Virus record (IMG/VR): IMGVR_UViG_2901802297_000002
Coordinates: 1 to 64,000 of that record
Reading direction: 5' to 3' (one strand)
Length of the DNA stretch: 64,000 nt
Origin: a virus
Lineage: Duplodnaviria; Caudoviricetes
Position 1 is the stretch's first letter, and the number at the start of each line of letters is the position of its first letter. This document shows, in pieces, positions 55,254 through 64,000 of the stretch. Position numbers and translations under genes: made by a program. The notes below the pieces were generated by a model that ran no database searches, was not told the DNA's origin, and saw only the letters and a list, made by a program, of their open reading frames with translations.

Positions 55254-56363
55254 TCAGGTTCCTGTCGGTCCAGACACTGCAGCACCCGCTTCCATGACGG
55301 TTGCCGACAAGGAGCAGTTCACACGAGAAGGAATGACGATTGGAGCAGACTGCATCATCAGATTGATGGTTGCAGGGTTTTCTTTGTACCAAATCTTTGG
55401 TGCGTAAGCGAGCGCACCATAGGCAAAAGCAGGGTCGAGAATAAGACCGAAACCACGGGTACCTTCCAGACCAGGGCCTGTCAGAATAACCGTCCCATCC
55501 GGGATCATGGGTTCTTCTTCATCTGTATCTGGATCAACATACCAGTCGTTATACAGCCAAAGATTAAACTGGCCCCATTTCCCCATAAAGATGGCGCCCT
55601 TATCAACGCGGCCACCGAGATCAACATCGGAGCCACCCACCTTACCAGGCCAGATAATGGCATTCAGAACCTTGATATCGCTTTTGAACGCATTCCATGT
55701 GGAATTTGTAAACACGATGTCTCGCGGTGCGATACCAGACTTCTGTAAGACCAAGGCTGCCCAGGTTGTGATGTAATCCGAAGGATAAACACCACTCTGC
55801 CCCCACTGAGCAGCACCTGTAAGCGCAATGGTAAGGGCTGGATCACGTTGGAAATCAACGACTGTTGCCGGGTAACCTTCGCCTTTAACGGTGACTGTCC
55901 CGTACACCAGAGCAGACGCTGCCATCCATTCCAGGCGACGATTGATCATATCAATCTGGTCTGTCATCTCATACGCGAGATTGGCTTCCAGACGTTGTGC
56001 CGGGGTCATGCCACCCATCAACCGTTCGCCAATGTTCCGGCGCACGGGTTTCAACAGATCTGGATTACGCCAGTCTTTAACGTAAGCAGGCTTGAACAGG
56101 TTGGTCTGCCACCGGCGACTTTCCACCATTTTCCCCTCGACCAAGGGGGAGCAGAAAGGCGACATACGCCGCTTACCAACATCGACATCAATCGCCACTT
56201 CTGGCGCATCAGATTCCACGATATTAGGAAAGAAATTGTCCAGCAGGAAGGTCTGTGCTGTTTTGGCATTTTGGACAAAATAAACGAGCTCAGCTACGCT
56301 ATATGCACTGAGCAGCGGCAGAAGTGCCTGCTGCACCCCTGCTGCGCCGGTTGTTCCGGACAT
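55254..56363 (-). CDS. Major capsid protein, lambda gpE family
   Basis: FLLD.FFP, PF.SPL..G, FKPAYVK, RLEWMA, QSAP. Confidence 0.93.
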   Translation of the reverse strand: MSGTTGAAGVQQALLPLLSAYSVAELVYFVQNAKTAQTFLLDNFFPNIVESDAPEVAIDVDVGKRRMSPFCSPLVEGKMVESRRWQTNLFKPAYVKDWRNPDLLKPVRRNIGERLMGGMTPAQRLEANLAYEMTDQIDMINRRLEWMAASALVYGTVTVKGEGYPATVVDFQRDPALTIALTGAAQWGQSGVYPSDYITTWAALVLQKSGIAPRDIVFTNSTWNAFKSDIKVLNAIIWPGKVGGSDVDLGGRVDKGAIFMGKWGQFNLWLYNDWYVDPDTDEEEPMIPDGTVILTGPGLEGTRGFGLILDPAFAYGALAYAPKIWYKENPATINLMMQSAPIVIPSRVNCSLSATVMEAGAAVSGPTGT

Positions 56364-56397
56364 TCAGTATTTTCCTGAAACTATTGGAAAAACGCTA

Positions 56398-56787
56398 TCA
56401 CACGATAGCGTTGGACTCTCCGGTCTTCACAAAGATGGAGAACTGACGCAGAGCCGGTTTCAGGGTATCCACCGTCCAGCTTGCATCAAAGATCATGTAA
56501 TTCGAGTTGAACTCGCCCATCTCATAGATGGCACCTGTGGCATCAGCCGCAGAGGCATCTACCTCATCAACTACAATACCGCATGGGGTCTGGGACCCGT
56601 CTGTAGCCGTTTTGACGCACGGGATATATTTTCCGGTAGCAGTTACCTGCCCGACAACCTGACCCCGCTGGAGCGTGTTGCCTTCGGCAAAGGTGACTGT
56701 CTCCGTGACCAGCTTGAGGTTTCCGGCAATGAGCTGATCCGGAACAAACACAACCTGCTGTGCGCTGGGGTAAAAACCATAGCTCAT
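56398..56787 (-). CDS. Head decoration protein (gpD-like)
   Basis: L.RG.V.G......K......A.DGSQ.P..I; GEFN. Confidence 0.85.
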   Translation of the reverse strand: MSYGFYPSAQQVVFVPDQLIAGNLKLVTETVTFAEGNTLQRGQVVGQVTATGKYIPCVKTATDGSQTPCGIVVDEVDASAADATGAIYEMGEFNSNYMIFDASWTVDTLKPALRQFSIFVKTGESNAIV

Positions 56788-57383
56788 CGGCTACCTCCCA
56801 TACGGGCATGGTTCAAGCGGACCATGCGGGCTCCAGGGCGTTCATCTTGCTGGCTGCTACCCTGCGGGGCTACGGGGGCATGCCCTTCGTTCTGCATGCG
56901 CGTGCGCAGTGCAGCGTAGCCTGCCTGATCTGCGGCGGGTGCAGGTTCCTGCTGTGCAGATGCTGCGGGAGCAACCGTGCGCAACAGGTTGACTGCTGCC
57001 GTACGCGTCATGCTGGTGCCAAATGCAATTTCAGCAGCGGCAGCAGGATTGCGGCCGGCAGCGGCAGAACGGAAAATGGCAGCGCACCGGCCACGTTCGC
57101 GCATGCGGATGGCGCGGGCCTTCGGGTCCTTTTCGTCATCCTCATCGTCATCATCGGTGCCGTCCGGATCTTCATTGTCCGTATCTTCGGCACGCTTGGA
57201 TTTTTTGCCATTTTTGCCACCCGTATCTTCCTGATTGTCTTCGCTATCAGGATCCTTGTTTTCTGGATCGGCCTCAGCTGCAGGGGTTGCGCTGCTGCCG
57301 GCAGCATTTGCACCTACTCCAGAGGAAGCAAGATGCGCAAATGGACTGATAGCAGAGCTGCTCATCAGCGCTGGTTTTGGCAT
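56784..57383 (-). CDS. Capsid scaffolding-like protein (Nu3-like)
   Basis: Acidic low-complexity region then RER.RC.AI; between protease and decoration genes. Confidence 0.7.
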   Translation of the reverse strand: MPKPALMSSSAISPFAHLASSGVGANAAGSSATPAAEADPENKDPDSEDNQEDTGGKNGKKSKRAEDTDNEDPDGTDDDDEDDEKDPKARAIRMRERGRCAAIFRSAAAGRNPAAAAEIAFGTSMTRTAAVNLLRTVAPAASAQQEPAPAADQAGYAALRTRMQNEGHAPVAPQGSSQQDERPGARMVRLNHARMGGSR

Positions 57384-57409
57384 GCTCTATTTTCTCCGAT
57401 ATGGAAAAT

Positions 57410-58240
57410 TTACTTCAGATGCGCCAGAAAATCTAAAAAGGCGCTATCGCGTGACATGACAGCATCTGCCAAACCTGCAGATACGGCATCCTGCCCATAA
57501 AAAACGGCGGCTTCCATGTCCTGCACATCTTGTGCAGACAACCCACGGTTTCGTGCCACTGTTTCAAAAAACAGCTTGCCCATGCTCTCAATGTCGCTCT
57601 GGATGATTTTCTGGGCATCTTCGGACATGGGCGTGGTTGGATATGTATCCGTTTTGCGTGCCCCGGTCTGAAATGTCGTGACCTTGATGCCCGTTTCATC
57701 CAGAAATTTCGTGATATCAGCATGGAGATAAACCACACCGATTGATCCCACCTCACCCGTGCGCGGCAGGACAATTTTTTCTGCAGAACAGGCCAGAGCA
57801 TATGCGGCAGAACAGGCCTGCTCATCCACAATTGCAATTACGGGCTTGCTTTCCCGCGCTGCGTAAATGCGGTCTCCCGTATCAAAGCAGCCGGCAACAG
57901 CACCGCCTGGGCTGTTCACATGTAGGATAATACCGCGAACAGTTTCATCCTGTGCAGCCAAATTGATGGCGTTGCTGATGTCATCGTAGAAAGTTGCACC
58001 ACCCCACCACCAGCCATTGCTGCTGCCTGGGAGCAAAATGCCCTTGATGGATATGACAGCAATGCCCGAAACATTCTCTGTGATGCTTTGGGCTGCATAG
58101 CGGGCATCATCATCAACAGGGCCGAACAGTGCTTTATCATCGGCACCGCTGGCCAAGAGCCCCCGGACAATATCCAGCTTGCGGCTGGAAAGCGCCAGCG
58201 GTGCCCCGATCAGCGCCTGTGTATGCGCGTATTGTTTCAT
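57410..58240 (-). CDS. Head maturation protease, S49 family (gpC-like)
   Basis: SPGG.V.G, ACSAAY.LA, GSIGV, G.DAV..GLAD. Confidence 0.92.
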   Translation of the reverse strand: MKQYAHTQALIGAPLALSSRKLDIVRGLLASGADDKALFGPVDDDARYAAQSITENVSGIAVISIKGILLPGSSNGWWWGGATFYDDISNAINLAAQDETVRGIILHVNSPGGAVAGCFDTGDRIYAARESKPVIAIVDEQACSAAYALACSAEKIVLPRTGEVGSIGVVYLHADITKFLDETGIKVTTFQTGARKTDTYPTTPMSEDAQKIIQSDIESMGKLFFETVARNRGLSAQDVQDMEAAVFYGQDAVSAGLADAVMSRDSAFLDFLAHLK

Positions 58241-59886
58241 TCTGCGTCCGGTTTCTTATCTGCTTTGTCTGCTGGATCTCCGCCGCTCCATTCAGGCAAT
58301 GGCAAGCCACGGTCTTTGAAGGCCTGCATTTCGATTGCACGCTGGGCAACGTTCTCTTCCCAATCGCGCCCTTCATTTTCAGCGCATTCATCTTCCAGAG
58401 TGGACAGCGCACCATCCATGCCAAGAATGGCCCCTTGGCGTTCGGCAACTGGATCAATCCAGCCGCGACCAGGACCAAGCCATCGGCACCGTGCATAAGC
58501 ATGCCGCGCCTCTAGGAAGCTGGGAGCGCCTGCAGGCAACGGCAGGTTATCGGCCTCCATGGACTCTTCCAGCCATGCCAGACGCACGGGAGAAGCAAAC
58601 CCTATGGAGAATTCTTCGCGCCGCCGCTTCATGGTTTTCCATGCCTCCAGCAGCGCACCACGAGCCGATGAATAATTGACATCGGACCAGTCGTTACTGA
58701 GCTGCATGGGTGCAAGGCCAGCACCACTGGCGATGTTGTTCAGGGTTGCTCTTTCAAACTCCCTGAAGTTGCTGGCGGGACGGGCCGCAGTGACTGTGTT
58801 GATCTTTTCGCCAGGGAACAAGATTGGCAAACGTGATCCCTGCATGGAAATATTATGCTGCTTATGAAACACCCCGCGCATTTCCTGATATGCACCTAGT
58901 GTTTCATCCCCTCCTTCCAATGCCTCGGCAGTCATCCCCTGATCATATGGGCTTTCAATATACGCCGCGAAAATGGCATTCAGGATGGCTGAGTCCATTT
59001 CAGCACCATCATATTTGATCAGCATTTTCAGGCGTTGCAGGACAGGCGTGAGCATTCCTGTTCCGCCCGTATGCTGGCCACCACGATGATGTTCAAAGAA
59101 ATGCACAACCTGCGGGCGTCCCCACGATGTTTCCCGCGGGATACGAGACCAGGTTACCGCCTCTGATGCGCTATACCAGTCACACTCATGGGCGTTCCGG
59201 ATGTGATAGGCGATAGGAACGCCTGCATCATTGATCTCAACCCCATTGCGCATGTTTTTGAGATCAAACTGGTTCTGCGGGTTGCTGAGCCTATCTGGAT
59301 CAATGATCTGCACTGCTGTGCCATATCTGGCGCGCCCCAGACCGATATTCTCCTCCAGCCACGGGATATGGGCCAATGCATCCCCATCCACGATGAGATG
59401 GCGAAATGCCAAATGCATTTGCTGGGAGAACGTCAGCATCCGTTCGGCATCATTGAACCGCAATGGATCATTCGCCCATGAGCGCCAGTTGCTATCTACA
59501 GCACGCGCAAACTCATGCGCCCATGTGGCATCAAACGCCGAGTTGCCGGTAATATGGGCAAGAAAGCGATAATCTGGTTTGCTGATCGGACGTAACGTGA
59601 CGCCCACAGCATTATCCAGAACACGCGTGACTGCCCCGGAAGCCCAGCCATCATTGCGCACCAGATCGCGCACACGGCTGACAATCCGGTTACGCCACGG
59701 GCTACGTTCAGTATCGGCAGAAAACAGGGGAGGATTCCACCCCTGCATACGTTGTCCATAAATATCTGCCGCGTCATACGGCAGACCTGGCCAACCTGTA
59801 AGAGCACTGAACCCCCGGCGAGAGGGAGGGCTCTTTTTTCCTGCATCATTACTGAACAAGCGCGCGAATGTATCGCGCAGCCCCAT
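58237..59886 (-). CDS. Portal protein, lambda family
   Basis: R.RDLVRND, DWS.VNYSSAR, W.GP....IDP..E. Confidence 0.93.
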   Translation of the reverse strand: MGLRDTFARLFSNDAGKKSPPSRRGFSALTGWPGLPYDAADIYGQRMQGWNPPLFSADTERSPWRNRIVSRVRDLVRNDGWASGAVTRVLDNAVGVTLRPISKPDYRFLAHITGNSAFDATWAHEFARAVDSNWRSWANDPLRFNDAERMLTFSQQMHLAFRHLIVDGDALAHIPWLEENIGLGRARYGTAVQIIDPDRLSNPQNQFDLKNMRNGVEINDAGVPIAYHIRNAHECDWYSASEAVTWSRIPRETSWGRPQVVHFFEHHRGGQHTGGTGMLTPVLQRLKMLIKYDGAEMDSAILNAIFAAYIESPYDQGMTAEALEGGDETLGAYQEMRGVFHKQHNISMQGSRLPILFPGEKINTVTAARPASNFREFERATLNNIASGAGLAPMQLSNDWSDVNYSSARGALLEAWKTMKRRREEFSIGFASPVRLAWLEESMEADNLPLPAGAPSFLEARHAYARCRWLGPGRGWIDPVAERQGAILGMDGALSTLEDECAENEGRDWEENVAQRAIEMQAFKDRGLPLPEWSGGDPADKADKKPDAE

Positions 59887-60188
59887 TAGAACACCGGCCT
59901 AAGTGCACGCCTGCGTGTGCCTGGCATACCAAGCTGCCGTTGCAATGTTTTGATCATCGCAGATAGATCTCCAACATTTGCCTGACTGTACGTGACAGCA
60001 CGGCTGCCATCACCCTGAGAGTAGCTGACAGAAGCCACACGCTGACCACCCTGCAGGGCAATCAGGGCCATCTGGCAGTTGGTTAGCGCCTGTTGCAGCT
60101 GCGCCTTGCTCAGTCCTGCCAAGAGGCTACTGGCTGGCTCAAAATGAGCCTGCGGTAAACGATACCCAAACGGGCCATAACCACACAT
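59886..60188 (-). CDS. Head-tail connector, gpW-like
   Basis: G.RV.SVS......R.V.Y..AN...L...I..L...LG...RR. Confidence 0.85.
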   Translation of the reverse strand: MCGYGPFGYRLPQAHFEPASSLLAGLSKAQLQQALTNCQMALIALQGGQRVASVSYSQGDGSRAVTYSQANVGDLSAMIKTLQRQLGMPGTRRRALRPVF

Positions 60189-60199
60189 TCTGTTATCCC

Positions 60200-62218
60200 C
60201 TACCCTGCAAGTTTGGCAGCAAGCCGTTCCATGCGGGTCATTTTCTTCTTCGGTTCTGCGGTTTTTCCCTGAGCCGGCGTATCAGTGATTGCCATTTTCA
60301 CAGGTTCTTCCGCGAAAGGATCCACCTCTTCCTGCACTGGCTCTGGTGCGGGTGGATGTTCTGTTGTTTCGGCTTCCAAGGCATCGGCCCGTTTGTTCAG
60401 CTTCAGGCCCATGTAAATCAGACCGCAGAGGGCAGCGTAGCTGTAAACCGCGATATCCAGCGCTTCATTCCGTCGCCCTGGCAAAAGCTCCCAAACACGC
60501 ACGATTGTGCCGTTGATGCTTTTACGCACAGACCTCTCGGACACCATCTGCGCGAAATAGTTTACATCCCGGTCTGCCGGAAAGTGCATATACCCTGGGG
60601 CTGGTTGACCGGGCTCTGGTTGCGGCAGATGCAGACGCGCCCTGATGACATCCTTGGCGGCGTTCACCCCAATGATGACGGGACGAAAGCTTGCCTTGTT
60701 ACGTGCGCTGGGCCGTTTGGTTGGCCACACTGGAGATCTAGCACCCCCACGTGCAGACTCACCCTTGATCGCCCAAATGCGACGGCCAAGCCGAGCGCGG
60801 CAGAATTCATACACCCTCTGGGTGTGATGGCCGCCTGAATCGATACACGCCGCCATAATGGTGAATGGTCTGCCATCCGCACGGTACCATGTGCGCTTCA
60901 GCACATCGTCCACGCGTGCCCAGGTTTCGGGCATTTCAGGATCACCATCCACCACAATAACAGCGATGGACCAGCGTTCCTCATTACGGCCCCAGCCGAC
61001 AACCTCTATTTCAATACGGTCGTCCTGCGTATCTGCCCCGGCTGTCAGAACCACGACACCGAAAGGCACCTCGCCTTCCCAGACCTCTACGCGTGCAGCC
61101 AGTGACAGCTCATTAAGAGCACCGTCCCCTTTATCCTCATAAGGAAGCCCAAGGGTTGTGTTGATGAATGTCTGGCGCCGGATTGGATCCCGATAAACAT
61201 CCAGCCATTCCTCCACCAGCTTTGCCCATGTGGCATTGGGAGAAAGGGAATAGCCTGTCCAGATATGGAAAGAGGCATGCCCCTTGAAGGGCTTGGAAGC
61301 TATCCACTTCCCTTTTGCCACCATATCGGCCTTTTCGGCTTCTGTGATGATGCAGCCGTTATGCCGACACACGTAATAGGCCGTTTCCGGTAGCGGCTTT
61401 CCCTTCTCGTCACAGTCCCATTTTATGCCATATGGGGTTTCCTTTTCACCCCATTCCAGAACCTGCATATCTCCGCAATGCGGGCATGGAACATGAAACT
61501 GGCGGCAGTCTCCTTCCTCATAGAGTTTTTCTATTCGGCTCAGGCCTGTAACCGTGGGTGTGGATCCTGCGATGATCTTGCGGTTCCAGAATGTCTCTGA
61601 ACGCTTGGAACCAAGAGATATCTGATCACCTTCAGATCCCGCACCACCTACCGGATAACCATCCACCTCATCAAAAATAACGATACGCACGGTGATACGG
61701 CGGAAACCACCCGGAGAGTTGGCCCCTACCAACTTCAGAGATGAGCCATTCCGCATCGTCTTGGACAGCAGAGTGTTCTCGCCACTTTTGGCCTTGGTGT
61801 CCGGAGCAATGGCAGCCAGCACAGGGGTATCCCTGAGCATGGGGGCTATTTCCGTTTTACTGTAATCCTCGGCGTCAGTTTCGCGGGGCTGCACAACCAG
61901 AATGGGGCATGGATCCTGCTGCAGAAAATACCCTACAGCATTATCCACAATCTTTGTGTAGCCAACACGCGCTGACTTCATCACAGACACTTTCTCTACG
62001 GTATCATCCGTAATCGCATCCATGATTCCGATCTGGTAGACGTAAGCCTCAAACCGTCCGGTCTGTGCGCTTGTCTCCCGAGAAAGCACTGCATATTCAG
62101 CTGACCACTGGCTTAACGTCAGCCGTGGCGGGGGTTTCAGGTTCTCAATCTGTGCTCGGTCTAGGAGCTGGAGGAAAAACTTATACCCCTCTGGATAATC
62201 CGTTGGTGGGATCTGCAT
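60200..62218 (-). CDS. terL: Terminase large subunit, lambda GpA family
   Basis: KSARVGYT, FDEVDGYP, STPT, CPHC, IDSGG, RNEALD. Confidence 0.95.
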   Translation of the reverse strand: MQIPPTDYPEGYKFFLQLLDRAQIENLKPPPRLTLSQWSAEYAVLSRETSAQTGRFEAYVYQIGIMDAITDDTVEKVSVMKSARVGYTKIVDNAVGYFLQQDPCPILVVQPRETDAEDYSKTEIAPMLRDTPVLAAIAPDTKAKSGENTLLSKTMRNGSSLKLVGANSPGGFRRITVRIVIFDEVDGYPVGGAGSEGDQISLGSKRSETFWNRKIIAGSTPTVTGLSRIEKLYEEGDCRQFHVPCPHCGDMQVLEWGEKETPYGIKWDCDEKGKPLPETAYYVCRHNGCIITEAEKADMVAKGKWIASKPFKGHASFHIWTGYSLSPNATWAKLVEEWLDVYRDPIRRQTFINTTLGLPYEDKGDGALNELSLAARVEVWEGEVPFGVVVLTAGADTQDDRIEIEVVGWGRNEERWSIAVIVVDGDPEMPETWARVDDVLKRTWYRADGRPFTIMAACIDSGGHHTQRVYEFCRARLGRRIWAIKGESARGGARSPVWPTKRPSARNKASFRPVIIGVNAAKDVIRARLHLPQPEPGQPAPGYMHFPADRDVNYFAQMVSERSVRKSINGTIVRVWELLPGRRNEALDIAVYSYAALCGLIYMGLKLNKRADALEAETTEHPPAPEPVQEEVDPFAEEPVKMAITDTPAQGKTAEPKKKMTRMERLAAKLAG

Positions 62219-62705
62219 CCAGCGTCAGTTCCTCTAGGGCACGAAAGATCAGTTTCTCCAGACGGTCCCGCAGTTCCCTTGGCGTTTTGCACCGTGCCAG
62301 TGTGGGTGCCTGCTCTGCAGGGATGGCCAGAAGCTTTGTTCTCACTGTGGCGAACTTGGCACCCACGGCCTTGGCAATCAGGTCAGCATCTACAACACGT
62401 CCGGACTTCTGATCATATTCCAGCTTGCGTTGGAGGGCCTTGTAATTCTGCTCAACCTGAAACGCTGTTGCCGTGGGCATAAGCCCTTTTGCCAACAGAT
62501 CAGCGGCTTCTCCTTCTGCAACCTTGGTTGCATCCGGTTGCGGGTCTGGTTGCACCCCTGAACGGGTGGTCATCCATTCCTCAAAAGAAGCAAGGATTAC
62601 GCGACCGCCGTCTGATTTAATCTTGCCGGCATCAATGTTTTTTTTGATAGCGGGACGGCTGATGCCAGCGCGGCGCGCCGCCTCGCTCTGGCTGATCGTC
62701 GTCAC
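62181..62705 (-). CDS. terS: Terminase small subunit (Nu1-like)
   Basis: N-terminal HTH; G..VD....R..LL.IP...A..LA C-terminus. Confidence 0.8.
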   Translation of the reverse strand: MTTISQSEAARRAGISRPAIKKNIDAGKIKSDGGRVILASFEEWMTTRSGVQPDPQPDATKVAEGEAADLLAKGLMPTATAFQVEQNYKALQRKLEYDQKSGRVVDADLIAKAVGAKFATVRTKLLAIPAEQAPTLARCKTPRELRDRLEKLIFRALEELTLDADPTNGLSRGV

Positions 62706-62754
62706 TATCTCACCTGCAACTGCAACCTAAAAAAATTGCCATATCTAGGGAACA

Positions 62755-62801
62755 AACGGGCTGGCGCAATCCCCGCGTTTCAAGGGGTCCAGGAAGGACC
62801 C
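62755..62801 (-). other. Probable cos region with lambda cosQ-identical heptamer
   Basis: GGGTCCT (62795-62801, minus strand) ~90 bp upstream of terS. Confidence 0.55.
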
Positions 62802-62850
62802 AAGCCCCTAGGGGAGGGGGCACCATCCAAACGCATAGCAGCCATGCGCT

Positions 62851-63507
62851 TCATCGCGCCGTCCTCACGGCCCTCTGGATGGCGTCTGCCAATGCCTGAC
62901 CCCCTCGGGTAGCGACGATCTCCATGCCCCTCTCCGCAAAGCCTAGGCGTTTATTGACTGGCCTGTTGGGAGCAAAGCGAAGAAGAAGCCGCCGCCTATG
63001 TTTTTCAGCTCCCTGCCCAGATCCTGCTTTACCCCGACGTTTGCGTTTCGGCTCCGGCAACCGTTGCCAGACCAGACCACGTGCTTTGTCAATATATACG
63101 TCAGTGCGAGCACTCAGGAGCGCCATGACGCGCTTGAGTGTAGCTCGTGGTATCTGCCCATATGGATCGCGCTTGATATCAACCGGCACAAGTAGGTTAC
63201 CCTGGTTGCCGTTGGTTGCATGATCTCCGCCTGTCTCATACGGTTGCAGGTATCGTTCCTGAGCAGGTCGCAATGAGACAACTGCTGTCAGATCGCTTTT
63301 GGTCGCCTTCTTTTCAACCTGTGTTGCACGTAACGTAAACGGGCGCGGATGTTCGAAAATCTTGCTGAATGCATCGTTCTCACCGCGCATGATCTGAAAT
63401 GCCAGATCATTCAATGCAGAGGCCTGCGCGAATGGGATTTGCTTTTGCATGTCTGATAATGCGCGCTGGGCTTCTGATGTATCCAGCTTGATATCAATAT
63501 CAGCCAA
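62851..63507 (-). CDS. Conserved phage protein upstream of terS
   Basis: Q.PFA...ALN..A, F..P.PFT, YL.P...GG, D.YG.I. Confidence 0.7.
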   Translation of the reverse strand: MADIDIKLDTSEAQRALSDMQKQIPFAQASALNDLAFQIMRGENDAFSKIFEHPRPFTLRATQVEKKATKSDLTAVVSLRPAQERYLQPYETGGDHATNGNQGNLLVPVDIKRDPYGQIPRATLKRVMALLSARTDVYIDKARGLVWQRLPEPKRKRRGKAGSGQGAEKHRRRLLLRFAPNRPVNKRLGFAERGMEIVATRGGQALADAIQRAVRTAR

Positions 63508-63515
63508 TTGGCAGT

Positions 63516-63743
63516 TTACCCATTACGCACAGCAAAGGCATGCGCAGAGCATTCCTGAGCACGCTGTTTAGCCCACACCCGAATACCAGGAAAACGTGCA
63601 CGAGATGCCAGGCGCTCATAATGATCTGCTGCCCGTGCCCACACACTGTAATCAGATGTCATTTTGGTGCCGCGCGCAGGGCCATGCTTTTGTGGTCGCC
63701 GTGCGCCAACAGCCCCAGAATGGTTCATTTCTTTACGTCGCAT
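63516..63743 (-). CDS. Hypothetical protein
   Basis: ORF in operon orientation; start uncertain. Confidence 0.45.
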   Translation of the reverse strand: MRRKEMNHSGAVGARRPQKHGPARGTKMTSDYSVWARAADHYERLASRARFPGIRVWAKQRAQECSAHAFAVRNG

Positions 63744-63922
63744 GACATCCCCGATTTTATGATGATGTATTGCAGCCGCCGTATTTCACGGTGCTGCTCT
63801 TCTAACTGGCGAGATTTACGGCCCATTTCCCGGCGCAGTTTGAAATTCTCACGCCGCGCAGAAAGCACATCCGTCAGCCAGCGCTTCATGCCTTTGCCAG
63901 ATCCAGCGATAACATTTGCCAA
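63725..63922 (-). CDS. Hypothetical protein
   Basis: ORF in operon orientation; start uncertain. Confidence 0.45.
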   Translation of the reverse strand: MANVIAGSGKGMKRWLTDVLSARRENFKLRREMGRKSRQLEEQHREIRRLQYIIIKSGMSCDVKK

Positions 63923-64000
63923 GCCTGCTCCGGCGTTTCTCGCTTATGAAGCCGAAGATATGCCTTGCTGCTGTCGATACGAATGCTATCTGCAATAGCA

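Larger units (their letters stand above)
34552..64000. mobile_element. Prophage 2 (lambda-type head, Mu-like contractile tail), right end outside window
   Basis: Complete late operon on the minus strand, bounded on the left by the tRNA-Val fragment. Confidence 0.9.

Noticed and set aside
56784-58240. Lambda-style in-frame C/Nu3 fusion broken by a nonsense mutation
   Set aside because: The scaffold ORF is in a different frame (26 bp gap) and has its own GGAGA RBS.
62864-62873. Antisense target of the ncRNA 5' loop (CTCACGGCCC match)
   Set aside because: Only 10 nt, and the mRNA there has the same sense as the loop; likely chance.

Overview
The window is almost entirely two adjacent temperate prophages. 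The host is probably an acetic-acid-bacterium-like alphaproteobacterium, inferred from GC content, codon style and gene families. Prophage 1 (<1-33652) is siphovirus-like. Its minus strand carries lysis, tail, an HK97-type head, terminase, HNH, a second tyrosine recombinase with a res/dif-like site, replication and cro. Its plus strand carries hicAB, cI, the early operon, xis and int, and it ends at a 14-bp tRNA-Ser-like 3' core. A ~0.9-kb spacer with one ORF separates it from a tRNA-Val(CAC) 3' fragment. Prophage 2 (~34552->64000) combines a lambda-type head with a Mu-like contractile tail, a GH43-like appendage and an atypical lysis-end cassette. The most notable unexplained features are: (1) a promoter-driven, CCA-ending ~100-nt tRNA-like RNA at the edge of prophage 2; (2) four antisense mini-genes in the early operons of prophage 1, each behind a promoter whose -35 sits in a hairpin loop, two of them in a repeat-delimited cassette array; (3) a circularly permuted lytic-transglycosylase domain in the tape measure protein; (4) a small unannotated protein conserved behind two unrelated endolysins; (5) two divergent tRNA-fragment att cores joining the prophages. 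All family assignments come from motif recognition by eye; no database searches were run.
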